Assembly: GCA_951406725.2 (NCBI GenBank)
Contig: OX597817.1
Span: forward strand, 159,960,001-160,024,000
Length of the DNA: 64,000 bases
Direction: 5' to 3'
Origin: Octopus vulgaris
Lineage: Eukaryota
Of the stretch, positions 51,180 through 64,000 are shown one piece after another (the stretch's first letter is position 1; every line of letters begins with the position of its first letter). The position numbers were made by a program, and so were the translations under genes. Below the pieces are notes generated by a model. It had not been told where the DNA came from. It did not search any database and worked only from the letters and a program-made list of their open reading frames with translations.

Positions 51180-51490
51180 ACCAGGAGAAATATTCCAACC
51201 AAGAAAATGTTGATTGCTAACAAGTATAATTCTATGGAACTCGCAGAACATTTAAGCACCAACAATTTAGAACTACCCTACGGAACTAGAATCATAAAAA
51301 GAAAATACTTAGGGGCAATTAATAATAACTGCTAACTCCAGCTCATTCCTTCTCATTCATTCTTGAATACTACTTTTGAAGAATTCATATATTCTGATGA
51401 AGTGTCTGAGATGAGTGTTTGTTAATGAGATTAAAACTGTCTGGTACTATTAACGTCATCTTTGGAGTGGACATTTACAATATTTTGCGT
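51180..51490 (+). pseudogene. Possible degenerate Penelope-like 3' remnant
   Basis: NSMELAEHL resembles the GIY-YIG SxLAEH motif. CTGATGA lies downstream at about 51394 without an intact hammerhead. Confidence 0.3.
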
Positions 51491-52554
51491 ATGTGTGTGT
51501 ATGTGTACATACATGCATGCATATGTGTGTGTGTGTGTAAAATATACACACCCATAGGTGTACATATGTGTGTATGTGAATGTATGGGTGTATATGTATA
51601 TGGAGATATGTATGTGTGTGTATGTTGTGTATGTCTTTGTATGTGTGTGTATGTATCATTTATGGAGACTGAATGTTAATCTGACAATGCAAGTTTCATG
51701 CTATTGTTGTTTTCAAATGACAATGCATAGATATATATATTGTGTGTGTGTGTGTATGTGTGTGTGTATGTGTGTGTGTGTGTGTCTCTCTCTCTCTCTC
51801 TTGATATATGTGTGTGTGTGTGTGTGTGTGCATTTCTTATAACGTCTTCCCCATAAAACCTTTTCTTCTCACATCATGCTGTTCTAAGATTAGGGGTGAA
51901 AATACACCTAAGACAAAAATATAAAGTTCCTTGTTGGCCCCTGCACACAACTGATTTAGAGAGAGAGAGAGATTACCATCTATTTGATAAACAGATTGGC
52001 AGACACACACACACTCCACACACACACACACATACACACACACACGGTCATTAAATATCCTATCAGGCTAGGATATTTAGATAAAAAGAAATTGGTAATT
52101 ATGTACTAATATTATTAAGATACAATCCCCATCTTTAATCAGCGTTGATCCCTAAAGCTAGTCCCTCATGTTGCCATCCTTGGTTTACAGATGTAGGATT
52201 TCTTCTATTTACTACCTCCTTTTGCTTCTGCAATGGTTTCTGCTCCTTTGAACTAACCCAACTGTATACCCTCTCTACCTCTGGCCAACCAAAATGCCCA
52301 TCCATCCCATCATCTTTAATATGTCTCACCTTTCAGACACCACATTGGACAATTTTCCCCAGTCCTTTACTCGCAGGACTGCGACCTCTAAGAATTTCCT
52401 GTCTGTAAATATTGATCTACAACTCTTCGCATACATATGTATATTTATGTATAATGAACCGTATTGTTATTGGTGAGATCAACAAAGAAAGTACTCCATC
52501 CAATGAGACATAAATATCATTTAACCACCATCGTCATCATCATTATTATCACCA

Positions 52555-53003
52555 TCCATTCGTGTCCGTTGCCAGCCTCGCCTGGCACGTAAAAGCACCA
52601 TCCGTTCATGGCCATTGCCAGCCTCGCCTGGACCCTGTGCCGGTGGCACGCAAAAGCACCATCCGTTCGTGGCCGTTTGCCAGCTCTGTCTGGCACCTGT
52701 GCAGGTGGCACGTAAAAAGCACCATCCGATCGTGGTTGTTGCCAGCCTAGCCTGGCCCCCGTGCCAGTGGCACGTAAAAAGCACCATCCGTCCGTGGCCA
52801 TGTGCCACCTGTGCGGGTGGCACATAAAAAGCACCCACTACACTCGCAGAGTGGTTGGCGTTAGGAAGGGCATCCAGCCGTAGAAACACTGCCAGATCAG
52901 ACTGGGCCTGATGCAGCCTTCTGAATTCACAGACCCCAGTTGAACCGTCCAACCCATGCTAGCCTGGAAAACGGACGCTAAATGATGATGATGATGATGA
53001 TGA
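52555..53003 (+). mobile_element. Family D retroposon with expanded internal repeat
   Basis: About five tggcacgtaaaaagcacc units; (GAT)n tail. Confidence 0.88.
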
Positions 53004-54568
53004 TTCAATTAATGTCCGTTTTCCATGCTGGGATGGATTGGATTGTTTGACAAGAACTAGCTGGGCAGAAGACTGCACCAGACTTCTGTGTCTGTTTTGA
53101 CAAGGTTTTTAGGGCTAGATGCTCTTCCTAACACCAACTACCCCATGGAATGGACTGAGTGCTTTTTACATTGCACAAGCACAAGCAAGGTCAGTTTTGG
53201 CATGGTTTTTACAGTTGGATGCCCTTCCAAACACCAACCGATTTACAGTGTGGACTGGATGCTTTTTACATGGCACTAACACTGGTAGGCTCACCAAGTA
53301 ACTTGCAAGATAAAGAGTCTTTGAGAGGGGAGGGAGCATTGAAGGAGATGATCTTATACCGGATGATGAAAGGTTTGAGTGTGACAGAGACAAAAGCAGC
53401 AGGTGTCTTGCTGTAGAGGAGATACATGATTACCTGGACAAGGGGGGAGAGAAAGACAGAGAGAATGAGAATAAGATTTAAATTTGAGCTACTGTTAGTT
53501 TCATGCTCTGAAAACATGATGGTCTGAAAAGCTTGTATTGCATGCTGTGTGTCTCCAAGCAATCTTTCTGATTCAGATATACAACATGGTTGGTCTTTCT
53601 TGAAAAAAATGAGAAAAGACGTTCATTTTTGAGAACAGATATGAGAAAGGATGTTGGTTTTGGAGAAAAGATGAGAAAAGATGAGAGGAAGGTTAAAGAA
53701 AAAAGTGGAATGAGAAAAGAAAAAAAAAACAAATTAAGAGTTGCATTCCTTTGGTCTGTTTGAGTCAGATAGGATAAGGTGCGTGTGTGTGTGTGTGCAT
53801 GCCTGTATATGTGATCTGTCTGTTCATCTGTTTGTCTATCTGTTTAACTATTTATCTTTTTCTCACACACTCTCTCTCTCCTCTTTCTCTCCCTCTCCCC
53901 TCTTTCTCTCCCTCTCACTTCTTTCTCTCTCTCTCTTGGAATCAGTTTTGTGAAGGAGCCAATAAGGAACTTTACATTGTGTCTCCAGCAGCCCTTTCAC
54001 CACCAGTCTCAGTACAGCATGACAAGAGAGAAGAGTGGCTTTTTTTTAGCCAGGAGTGGTGTGGCTCTATGGTAAGAAGTTTGCTTCTCAACCACATGGT
54101 TCTGTGCAGCAAAGGGTAAATGGCAAAGACCCCCTTCTGCCATGAATGACCATGGAATTGCACCTAGAAAGTTCCCCTCTGGGACACAAGTCCGGGTAAG
54201 GTTGTTTGTGGAAGACCAGCAGTCACCCACGCATACCAGTCTCTCCTCTCCATACCACTGATGTTATCCAAGGGAAAGGCAAAGGCTGATACAGCTTGGC
54301 ACCAGTGGTGTTGCAACTCATTACTACAGCTGCATGAACTGGAGCAATGTGAAATAAAGTGTCTTGCTCAAGAATACAACATGCAGCCTGGTCCAGGAAT
54401 CGAAATCACTACCTCATGATTGTGAGCCCGATGTTCTAACTACTGAGCCATGTGCTTTCACAAGTTTGCAGGAATACATAAAAAAATATATAACATCAAA
54501 AGCTACTACAGTATGCCAATAAAGGAACCACTACGTGATCAATGAACTTGCTAGAAATAGCTCAATTC

Positions 54569-55713
54569 GGTGAGTTGGCTGAGACGTTAAGCACACCAGG
54601 CGAAATGCTTGGCGGTATTTCGTCTGCCATTACGTTCTGAGTTCAAATTCTGCTGAGGTCGACTTTGCCTTTCATCCTTTTGGGGGTCAATAAATTAAGT
54701 ACCAGTTACGCACTGGGGTTGATATAATTGACTCAATCTGTTTGTCTGTCCTTGTTTGTCTCCTCTGTGTTTAGCCCCTTGTGGGTAATAAAGAAATAGG
54801 TATTTCGTCTGCCGTTACGTTCTGAGTTCAAATTCCGCTGAGGTCGACTTTGCCTTTCATCCTTTCGGGGTCAATAAATTAAGTACCAGTTACGCACTGG
54901 GGTTGATATAATCGACTCAATCCGTTTGTCTGTCCTTGTTTGTCCCCTCTATGTTTACCCCTTGTGGGTAATAAAGAAATAGGTATTTCGTCTGCCGTTA
55001 CGTTCTGAGTTCAAATTCTGCCGAGGTCGACTTTGCCTTTCATCCTTTCGGGGTCAATAAATTAAGTACCAGTTACGCACTGGGGTTGATATAATTGACT
55101 CAATCCGTTTGTCTGTCCTTGTTTGTCTCCTCTGTGTTTAGCCCCTTGTGGGTAGTAAAGAAATAGGTTACGTTCTGAGTTCAAATTCCGCTGAGGTCGA
55201 CTTTGCCTTTCATCCTTTTGGGGTCAATAAATTAAGTACCAGTTACGCACTGGGGTTGATATAATCGACTCAATCCGTTTGTCTGTCCTTGTTTGTCCCC
55301 TCTATGTTTACCCCTTGTGGGTAATAAAGAAATAGGTATTTCCTCTGCCGTTACGTTCTGAGTTCAAATTCCGCTGAGGTCGACTTTGCCTTTCATCCTT
55401 TTGGGGGTCAATAAATTAAGTACCAGTTACGCACTGGGGTTGATATAATTGACTCAATCCGTTTGCAATCCGTTTGTCTGTCCTTGTTTGTCCCCTCTAT
55501 GTTTACCCCTTGTGGGTAATAAAGAAATAGGTATTTCGTCTGCCGTTACGTTCTGAGTTCAAATTCCGCTGAGGTCGACTTTGCCTTTCATCCTTTTGGG
55601 GGTCAATAAATTAAGTACCAGTTACGCACTGGGGTTGATATAATCGACTCAATCCGTTTGTCTGTCCTTGTTTGTCCCCTCTATGTTTACCCCTTGTGGG
55701 CAATAAAGAAATA
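54569..55713 (+). mobile_element. Tandem array of SINE family C: one head plus six bodies (~170-195 bp), single TSD pair
   Basis: Bodies begin at about 54615, 54800, 54983, 55167, 55336 and 55531. Flanking direct repeat agaaatagctcaattc at 54553-54568 and 55714-55729. Confidence 0.92.
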
Positions 55714-56779
55714 AGAAATAGCTCAATTCCCATACACTACTATCACTACATGCACTACGTATGAACAAAAGCTGAGATTGCCATGTCTAGAATAGCTTTG
55801 ATCATAGGACTGCTAAGTCAAGGAAGCTAAAGTAAAATTGGTTTTGAAAATGTTTGACCTAAGAGCACAAAAGAGAGCAAATGGTGTAACATATTTATTG
55901 TTTGCAACACATTAAGGATTCTGTTGATTTGCTGCCTTAATATGAAAAATGATGAGAAAATGGATAGCCGGGTGTGGATGTGTGGGTAAGAAGCTCTCTT
56001 TGGTAAATATTTGCTAGTATAGCCCAAGCTGACCAATGCCTTGTCAGTGAATATGATGGATGGAAATAATGTGGAAGCCCATTGTATATGTGTGTTTGTG
56101 TTTTTGTGCTTGTGTATATCCCCCATCACCTCTTGAAACCACTGTTGGTCTGTTTTCATCCCTGTAGCTCAGCAGTATGACACAAGGAACTGATCAAATA
56201 TGTACCAATCTTGAAGAGTGAGGTTAGAAATTTCAATTTGAAATTAAAGAATACAAGGAAAAAGATGCATAGAGTTCATATAGACTTATTATTTCGTTTT
56301 TGTTTCTTCTCTATTATGAAGATGTCACACTTTCTAGTCATTGGTAATCATATATTGGACTATTTCATTCTTTTTAGAAACCTTCAGCATTTTCACTTCC
56401 TTGCTTTATACAGCAATAGAAGCACCTCTGATTGGTAGAAGAAAGAAAAAATTACGCATTCCTTGGTAGAATGATTGGTAGAAGAAAGAAAAAAAAATTA
56501 TGCATTCCTTTACTTGAAAGAAAGAATGATGGGATAAAGTGAAAAAGAAACAAAAGAAAGAAAAAGGATCCTTTTCCGTACCACTCCTGGTATTCTGAGA
56601 TCCACCACTAATAACACTGTCAACATTACAAAATAAACATCCCTATCATCAACATCATCATTGTCATCATCATTTTCATGGTCATCATTGTTACAATTAT
56701 CATTACCTCCTCTCCCTCTTTCTCTTCCACCTCCTCCTCCTCATCATCATGTTCCTTGTTAAACAAAATTTTAATCATC

Positions 56780-56781
56780 GT

Positions 56782-56846
<65 letters not shown>

Positions 56847-57249
56847 TCACCACCACCACTACCACCACTACCATCATTACTACCATCACCACCACCACCA
56901 CCACTATGATTACCGTTAGTAGTGCTACCAATTTAAGTACTTCTGCTACCACCTATACAAGCACCACCATTATTATCACCACCACAACCACCACTACTAC
57001 AATTACTTTTACTGCTGCTGCTGCTACTACTACTACTACTACTATCACAACTTCTACCATCACCACTATCACTATAACAACCATCACTACAAGCATTAGT
57101 ATAGCTAGCACCACTACCACCACCATCACCACCAGTACAATTACTACTGCCACCACCACCACCACCACCACAAGCACTAGTACTCCTACAAACACAAGTA
57201 TTGCTAGCATCATTATAACAACTACTACTACTACTACTACAACTACTCT

Positions 57250-57305
<56 letters not shown>

Positions 57306-57330
57306 TCACCACCACTATAACTATTACCAA
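56780..57330. repeat. Degenerate (ACT/ACC)n trinucleotide tract
   Basis: Directly visible; it produces the Thr-, Val- and Ser-rich ORFs in the track. Confidence 0.95.
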
Positions 57331-57633
57331 CTAAGTGGTGGGGAGTAGGGGCACGGGTAGGACACAGCATCATAGAAATGTTCATTGATTGAAATGTCAA
57401 TGGTGACACTAATGAGGAAGATGGGTGTGGTGATACTGTAAGGCGGTGTAGGGGAGGGTGTGAGATGGAATGTTCTGGACAACAATGCAGCTTCTACTGG
57501 GATGTCTACAGGCGTCAGGGACATTACTCTCTTTTCATCTTTTCCATTCACAGGGTGTTTAGTGGGTAACATTTGGAAAATGATTCACATTCACAGAAAT
57601 CAGCATATAAAGATGTAAATGTGTGTGTATGTA

Positions 57634-57668
<35 letters not shown>

Positions 57669-57669
57669 C

Positions 57670-57705
<36 letters not shown>

Positions 57706-59153
57706 TGTATGTATGTATGTATGTATGTATGTATGTGTGTGTGTATATATATATATATGTGTGTGTGTATATATATGTGTATATATGTATGAATGTATCT
57801 GTATCTGTGTATATATGCATATGTGTATATATTGTATCTGCGTATACTTATGTATATATATTTGGTTGGGGATAAGCACACTGCGATACATACATATATA
57901 CACACACATTTGTCTTAGAGATAAGTACATCTCAACTCATATACACACATGTGTGTGTGCACAGGCATATGTGTCTGTGCATGTCAAGATGCCCTTCTTG
58001 ATAAACCATATATATATATATATATGCATATACACATAAGCATACATACATATATAAATACACATACATACATACAAACATAAATATATTTATACATGTA
58101 TATATAATTCATCATCATCATTATCATTTAATGTTCAATTTTTCACGCTTGCATGGGTCAGAAAAAGTTCAGTGAGGCAGGTTTTTTAAAGCTGGATGCC
58201 CTTCCTGTCACCAACCCGTACATGTCTCCAATATTCCAAGCTAATATTTCCCTTGGCCAGAAATATATTTCATGGAAGACTGAACTACAATGATTGCATG
58301 ATGTCAAAATTAGGGTATACATGACCACACACACACATACTCATGACAGGCTTCTTTTAGTTTCTGTTCAGGAGTGCACACCCCTCTTCACTAACCTAAA
58401 TCTAATCTTTCCTTGACAGGTCGTATTCTCTATATATTATCATTTCAAATATTTATGTTACATATGAACAACAACATTCAAGCAAGGTCGTTGCCAGTGC
58501 CACTGGACTGGCTCCTGTGCAGATGGCACATAAAAAGCACCATTTAAGCATGGCCATTGCCAGTACCGCCTGACTGGCCCTCGTGCCGGTGGCACATAAG
58601 AGCACCCACTACACTCTTGGAGTGGTTGGCATCCATCTGTAGAGACTCTGCCAGATCAGATTGGAACCTGGTGCAGACATCGGGCTCACCAGTCCTCAGT
58701 CAAACCATCCAACCCATGCCAGTATGGAAAGCGGACATTAAACGATGATGATAATACCAATGTACAATTATAACTGATCATAATCAAGATACAGCAGGCT
58801 TGAACAGCATACCTTAGACATTTCAGTATATCTGTCGGGATATCTCCTTTATGTATGTACCTGATGTGATGCAAACTGCACAAATTGATGCAACACAATT
58901 AGATGCACAAAATCCTACCCGTAATAGAAAGTTGCAGGATGAGTTGTAACTGTTATCCTACTGAATAAAGAATAGTACCAAATCTATCTTCTGTTTCATT
59001 CATCAATCATTATTATCTTAGCTAATACTGCAGAATTCTTGAAGTAGATCCAGCAGAAATATACCTCATCCGTGGATGACACCAGGTAGCCCAAACTGTG
59101 AACATGCTTTACTCAACACATAAATTGACATATACCCATTAGGCAAAAAAATT

Positions 59154-59197
<44 letters not shown>

Positions 59198-59201
<4 letters not shown>

Positions 59202-59484
59202 AATAAAAAGTTTTGAATGGTACAACAAAGCACTATAATACAAACAAAGAGCAATATACCTGTTGTAATTTAGTCATTCATAGTCTGACAATATTTTAGA
59301 ATAAAATTCCTTCTTCAGATATTCTAAGGAATTTTATTCCGAAATATTTATCACTCTATGGATGGCTAAATTACAACAGGTATATAGCCCATTGTTTGTA
59401 TTATAGTGCATTGTTGTACCATTCAGTACTTTTTATTCTTTGCAAACAATACACAACGTTTCAAGTGAACTACAATACTCTCCT
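59198..59484. mobile_element. Older (TA)n-flanked fold-back element
   Basis: Arms 59198-59312 and 59326-59441 (roughly 85% by eye), a ~43-bp one-sided tail, and (TA)n on both sides. Confidence 0.8.
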
Positions 59485-59918
59485 ATATATATATAAACGT
59501 GTCTGCAAAAGTTTTCCCCAGTTTGAAATAGAATGTTATGCAATTATTATTGATTACATGTGTATTTCATAATGCACATAATCAATAAAAATGCTTTCTA
59601 CTGAAACATATGTAGCACAGACTGAAGTTCCATTGTGCATTCTTTTTACATTATTGTATTTTTACTAAATGTTGTATGCAACTTATTTTACTCATAGGAT
59701 TGGAGTTGTGGAGTATATGTTTTCCTTTCAAAATTGTTCCAGTTTTGTAATAGAAGAATGGAATATTATTAATTTGATTAATTTACTAATTATTCTGTAA
59801 ATATCCCCTCAAAGTATTCTACTAGCTAATCACATGCAGGGCACAACTAAGCTACTGACCAAAATTGACGTGATCCCAGCTAATTGATGTTTGTTTGTGT
59901 GTGTGTGTGTGTGTGTGC

Positions 59919-59959
<41 letters not shown>

Positions 59960-60367
59960 TGTAAATATGTATGTAGATAAATGATAGAAAATGGAATGAA
60001 TAGTATTCATCATCATCATCGTTTAACGTCTGCTTTCCATGGTGGCATGGGTTGGATGGTTTGTCTGAGGACTGGTGAGCCAGAGGCTGCACCAGGCTCA
60101 ATCTGATCTGGCAAAGTTTCTACAGCTGGATGCTCTCCCTAACGCCAACCACTCCAAGAGTATAGTGGGTGCTTTTACATGACACTGGCACAAGGGCCCA
60201 TCAAACAGTTCTGGCAACGACCACACTCAAAAGGTGTTTTTTTACATGCTACCTGCATGGGATCCAGTCCGGCGGCACTGGCAATGATCACACTCAAATG
60301 GTGCTTTTCACGTGCCATTGGCATGGGAGCCAATCCATGGCTCTGGCAATGATCACGCTCGGTATTC

Positions 60368-60560
60368 TTTATTAGAAATCACTACCATTGTTTTGACACA
60401 TTTTTATACCTTTGATACATTGATGAGGGGTTGTATAATCATCATCATACATTCAAGGTGCATTTTACACCTTGGATGAATGATAACGGTTACACAACAT
60501 CTCACCAATGTACTGCAGGTACTAAAAATGTGTTGAAACAATTCTAGTTATTTTAAATAA
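60368..60560. repeat. Degenerate inverted repeat centred on caaggtg-catttta-caccttg
   Basis: Arms of about 90 bp, for example acacattttta / taaaaatgtgt and tacattg / caatgta. Confidence 0.7.
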
Positions 60561-60796
60561 ATAATATCATTCATTCTATTTTCAATCATTATATAATCTC
60601 TACAAATACTATGGAATTTCTGATGTATATCCAATAGCAAGAGCATTTCTACTGTATGATGACATCAGGTAGCCATTTACTGTGGATGAGCTTTGCATAG
60701 CATTGTAGAAGGTTTTTTTACTTGAATCTAATTTAACTGTATGCATGCATATCTGTATGTATGCATGCATGTATGTGTGTATGTATGTATGTATGT

Positions 60797-60797
<1 letters not shown>

Positions 60798-60829
<32 letters not shown>

Positions 60830-61285
60830 GTTTAACGTCCACTTTCCATGCTGGCATGGGTTGGACGATTTGACTGAGGTCTGGTGAACCAGATGGCTGC
60901 ACCAGGCTCCAGTCTGATCTGGCAGAATTTCTACAGCTGGATGCCCTTCCTAATGCCAACCACTCCGAGAGTGTAGTGGGTGCTTTTACGTGCCACCGGC
61001 ACAAGGGCTAGTCAGGCAGTACTAGCAATGGCCATGCTCAAATGGTGCTTTTTATGTGCCACCTGCACAGGAGCCAGTCCAGCGGTATTGGCAACGACCT
61101 CGCTCGAATGTTTTTTCACGTGCCACCAGCACAAGTGCCAGTAAGGTGACACAGGTAATGTTCACACTCGAATGGTGTTTTTAATGTGCCATCGGCACGG
61201 AGGCCAGCTTGTTGCTCAGGCAACGATCTCACTCGTATGGTACTCTTAGCGCTCCACTAGCAACGGATGCCAGTCATCGAATTTG
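60798..61285 (-). mobile_element. Family D retroposon
   Basis: (CAT)n then gtttaacgtccactttccatgctggcatgggttgg...; a sister copy lies at 60007-60360. Confidence 0.88.
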
Positions 61286-62625
61286 AGTATGTATGTAATG
61301 CTTCTTTTAGTTTCCATCCAGTAAATATATTGCCATGCTGTGGAACTGAACCCAAAACCACTTTGAGAAACCAACTTATCCACCAATACGGCCAAGCCAG
61401 GCTTCATATTTTTAATTTTGATTTCAGTTTCCCAGTTCACTATAGCTGACAGAAATTACCTCAAATTCCAAGCACATTTTTTTTTACTCTACATATTTCT
61501 TCTTTTATTTCTTCAACTGACTAGTGTTATTATTGTTGTTGTTGTTGTTGCTAACATCATCATCATCATCATCATCATCATCATTATTTTATGTTTTTAA
61601 TAATTTTTCCATTTTGTTTTCTAGCAGTTTTCCTTGCAGTATTGTCAAAAGCAAATTCTTCAGAATAGCATTGTAATTATATAAAAATATGTTAAACTTC
61701 TTGGAGACATACATAGATACATACATACATACATACATACATACACACATACATACATACATACATACATATAAGTATGTACATGCATATGCAACTATAT
61801 GAAGATACACACCCTCATATGTGTGTGTGTGTATGTATATGCATATATATGTATATATATATATATGTATATATATACAATGTGTGTGTATACATATATA
61901 CATATACATAAATATATTGTGTTTATATATGCATACATATATATAAATATAAATACACATATATATAAAATCTGTTAGGTTGTCATTTGTAGTTATTATA
62001 TATTGTAAAGAATTACAAAAAAATACAAAGAAAAATAATGAAAACAACAACAACAACAACTGAAACATATCAAGAGAAATAAAAGAGAAATATAATAAAC
62101 ATTTAAGAAAATAAATAACAAAAATATAAAAAAAAAAAAGCAGGGGTTTGTTTGAAATGGAAGTCAAGCTCTAACATCACTGAGTGATTTTGAAACGATA
62201 TTTAGGCGGAAATAAGGTTAGAGGTTACGAATACCACAAAGTGACTGATAATGATGACCCCCCCTCTCCCCGACCCCCATCCACCCACTCCGAATCTAGG
62301 AAATAAATAAATAAATAAATAAATAGGTAAAACATAACAAGGAAGTAGTGAAAAAATATAAAACCAACAACAACAACTTAGAGCTGCAGCAACAACAACA
62401 ACAATAATAAATGCTTAGAAAACAACTCTTCAGTTTTGCCCTTTCTTTGGCTGACGGCTGTGTTTGTTGTTGACCAAATCTGGTTCTGCTTCAGCACAGA
62501 TTATGAAGAGTTTAATGTCACAGGCAGCATGTAGCATCTCGGTAATCATGTCTCCATATTATAGTTAAATTATACATACGTACATATACATACATACATA
62601 CATATACATATGTAAATATACATAC

Positions 62626-62658
<33 letters not shown>

Positions 62659-62661
<3 letters not shown>

Positions 62662-63345
62662 GCAGGAGTGGGTGTGTGGTTAGAAGCTTGCTTACCAATC
62701 ACATAGTTCCAGGTTCAGTCCCACTGCGTGGCACCTTAGGCAAGTGTCTTCTACTATAGCCTCGGGCCAACCAAAGCCTTGTTCTGTTAACGTTTTGGCG
62801 TTCAGACGAGTGTACTGGCATAGATGTGGCAACATTTGAAATTTTGTCTAGGTATATGCAGCTGATGAGGACAAATCAAATCTACGTTGTCAAACGTATT
62901 TGAAGAGTCTGAAACCGGTCCTGCATTATCTGTTTCTAGGTTTTTCATTTATCAGATGTTCTTCCTAGAGGTAAGACAAATTTTTTTCATGTTTGTTGCA
63001 CACTTTGCTAGTATATACGCAGTGAAGCTATACAATAGTGTCGTATTTATTACGATCGCTATTTTCCAGTAAATATCGGTACCTCGTTGTACCATTTATT
63101 TACTTTTATATATATATGTGTGTGTGTGTGTGTGTTGGTGCTTGTGTTTGTTCCACCACCACCACCACAATCGCTTGACAACCAATGTTAGCATGTTTAT
63201 GTCCCCATAACTTAGCAGTTCAGCAAAAGAGACCGATAGAATAAGTACTAGGCTTACAAAGAATAAGTGCTGGGGTCGATTTGCTCGACTAAAGGTGGTG
63301 CTCCAGCATGGCTGCAGTCAAATGACTGAAACAGATAAAAAAAAG
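62659..63345 (+). mobile_element. SINE family A split by a Penelope-like fragment (62783-63108)
   Basis: The 5' half stops at ccaaagccttgt and the 3' half resumes after (TA)n(TG)n; about 40 bp of SINE consensus are missing at the junction. Confidence 0.85.
62856..62926 (+). ncRNA. Type-I hammerhead ribozyme motif with canonical core (PLE-associated)
   Basis: AUGCAG-CUGAUGA-GGAC...(ucaaa/uuuga, uacguu/aacgua)...GUCU-GAAAC CG GUC-CUGCAU: 6-bp stem I, extended stem II, palindromic stem III ACCGGU, GUC site at 62918-62920. Confidence 0.82.
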
Positions 63346-64000
63346 CAATATATATATATATAATATCCATCTTTCATGCTGGCATGATGTGGATGGTTTG
63401 ACTGGATTGAGGATTGCATTGTGCTCCAGTGTCTGCTTTGGCATAGTCTCTGCAACTGGATGACCTTCCTAATGCTAACCACATTGCAGAGTATGCTGCA
63501 TGCTTTTATTGTGGCACCAGCACTAGTGAGGTCACCATGTAACTCACAGGACCAAGATTGCTTTCAGCTGAGTGAGGCTACATTAGAGAAGAAGGTGGCC
63601 TTATGTTAGTAGTTGAAGTTTATCTTTTACATGTTTCAGTCACTCAGGTTCTGCTTTGAAGGGTGTTGTTAAATGAATCAACCCCACTATTTTTAAGTCT
63701 GATATTTTTGCAAATGTATTATATACTGGATTCTGATGAGTTTGTGTTGAGATGTATCAATATAATCGCACCTCTTGAGTCTATAGTTGCATATGTTTAT
63801 ATAATAATAAAGCAATGCTCTTGAGTTCAAATGTTGATGAAACAAATATAACCCTATACAATAAAACAATTTGCTTACTCCACTCTCATTGTTAATATGT
63901 ATATTCTATGAATATAATAGATTTTTAGAAATATGATCTGTAAAAAAAACTGGTCATCGAAATGAAATTATACATACATACATACATACATACATGCATA

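Noticed and set aside
56626-57409. Thr-rich mucin-like ORF
   Set aside because: It is an (ACT/ACC)n microsatellite open in several frames, with no non-repetitive domain.
57520-57570. Strong acceptor-like polypyrimidine tract ending CACAG at 57553
   Set aside because: No recognisable coding sequence or convincing partner donor follows, so an exon cannot be supported from sequence alone.
63735-63860. CTGATGA...GAAAC candidate hammerhead
   Set aside because: No convincing stem I, II or III pairing; possibly a decayed PLE end.

Overview
AT-rich, microsatellite-dense eukaryotic DNA. The SINE families look like those of Octopus (coleoid cephalopod); this species call is inferred from recalled repeat consensus, not from a search. 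I can support no host protein-coding exon. Nearly all ORFs in the supplied track come from microsatellites or SINEs, so the window reads as a large intron or intergenic region. It is built from four abundant SINE-type families, CR1/RTE/Jockey-like LINE remnants, two non-autonomous Helitrons, a Tc1/mariner relic, hAT and TTAA MITEs, and several locally born tandem arrays. Two signals stand out. (1) A set of (TA)n-anchored fold-back and Penelope-like (PLE) insertions, including near-perfect 75-160 bp hairpins, a GIY-YIG C-terminal remnant and two minimal hammerhead ribozyme motifs, one with a compensatory U3-A8 core. (2) An old inverted segmental duplication (about 14.5-17.3 kb vs 38.5-40.6 kb) whose diverged arms enclose a 270-bp core that is exactly reverse-complementary across 21.5 kb. 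Identity values other than that core are by-eye estimates.
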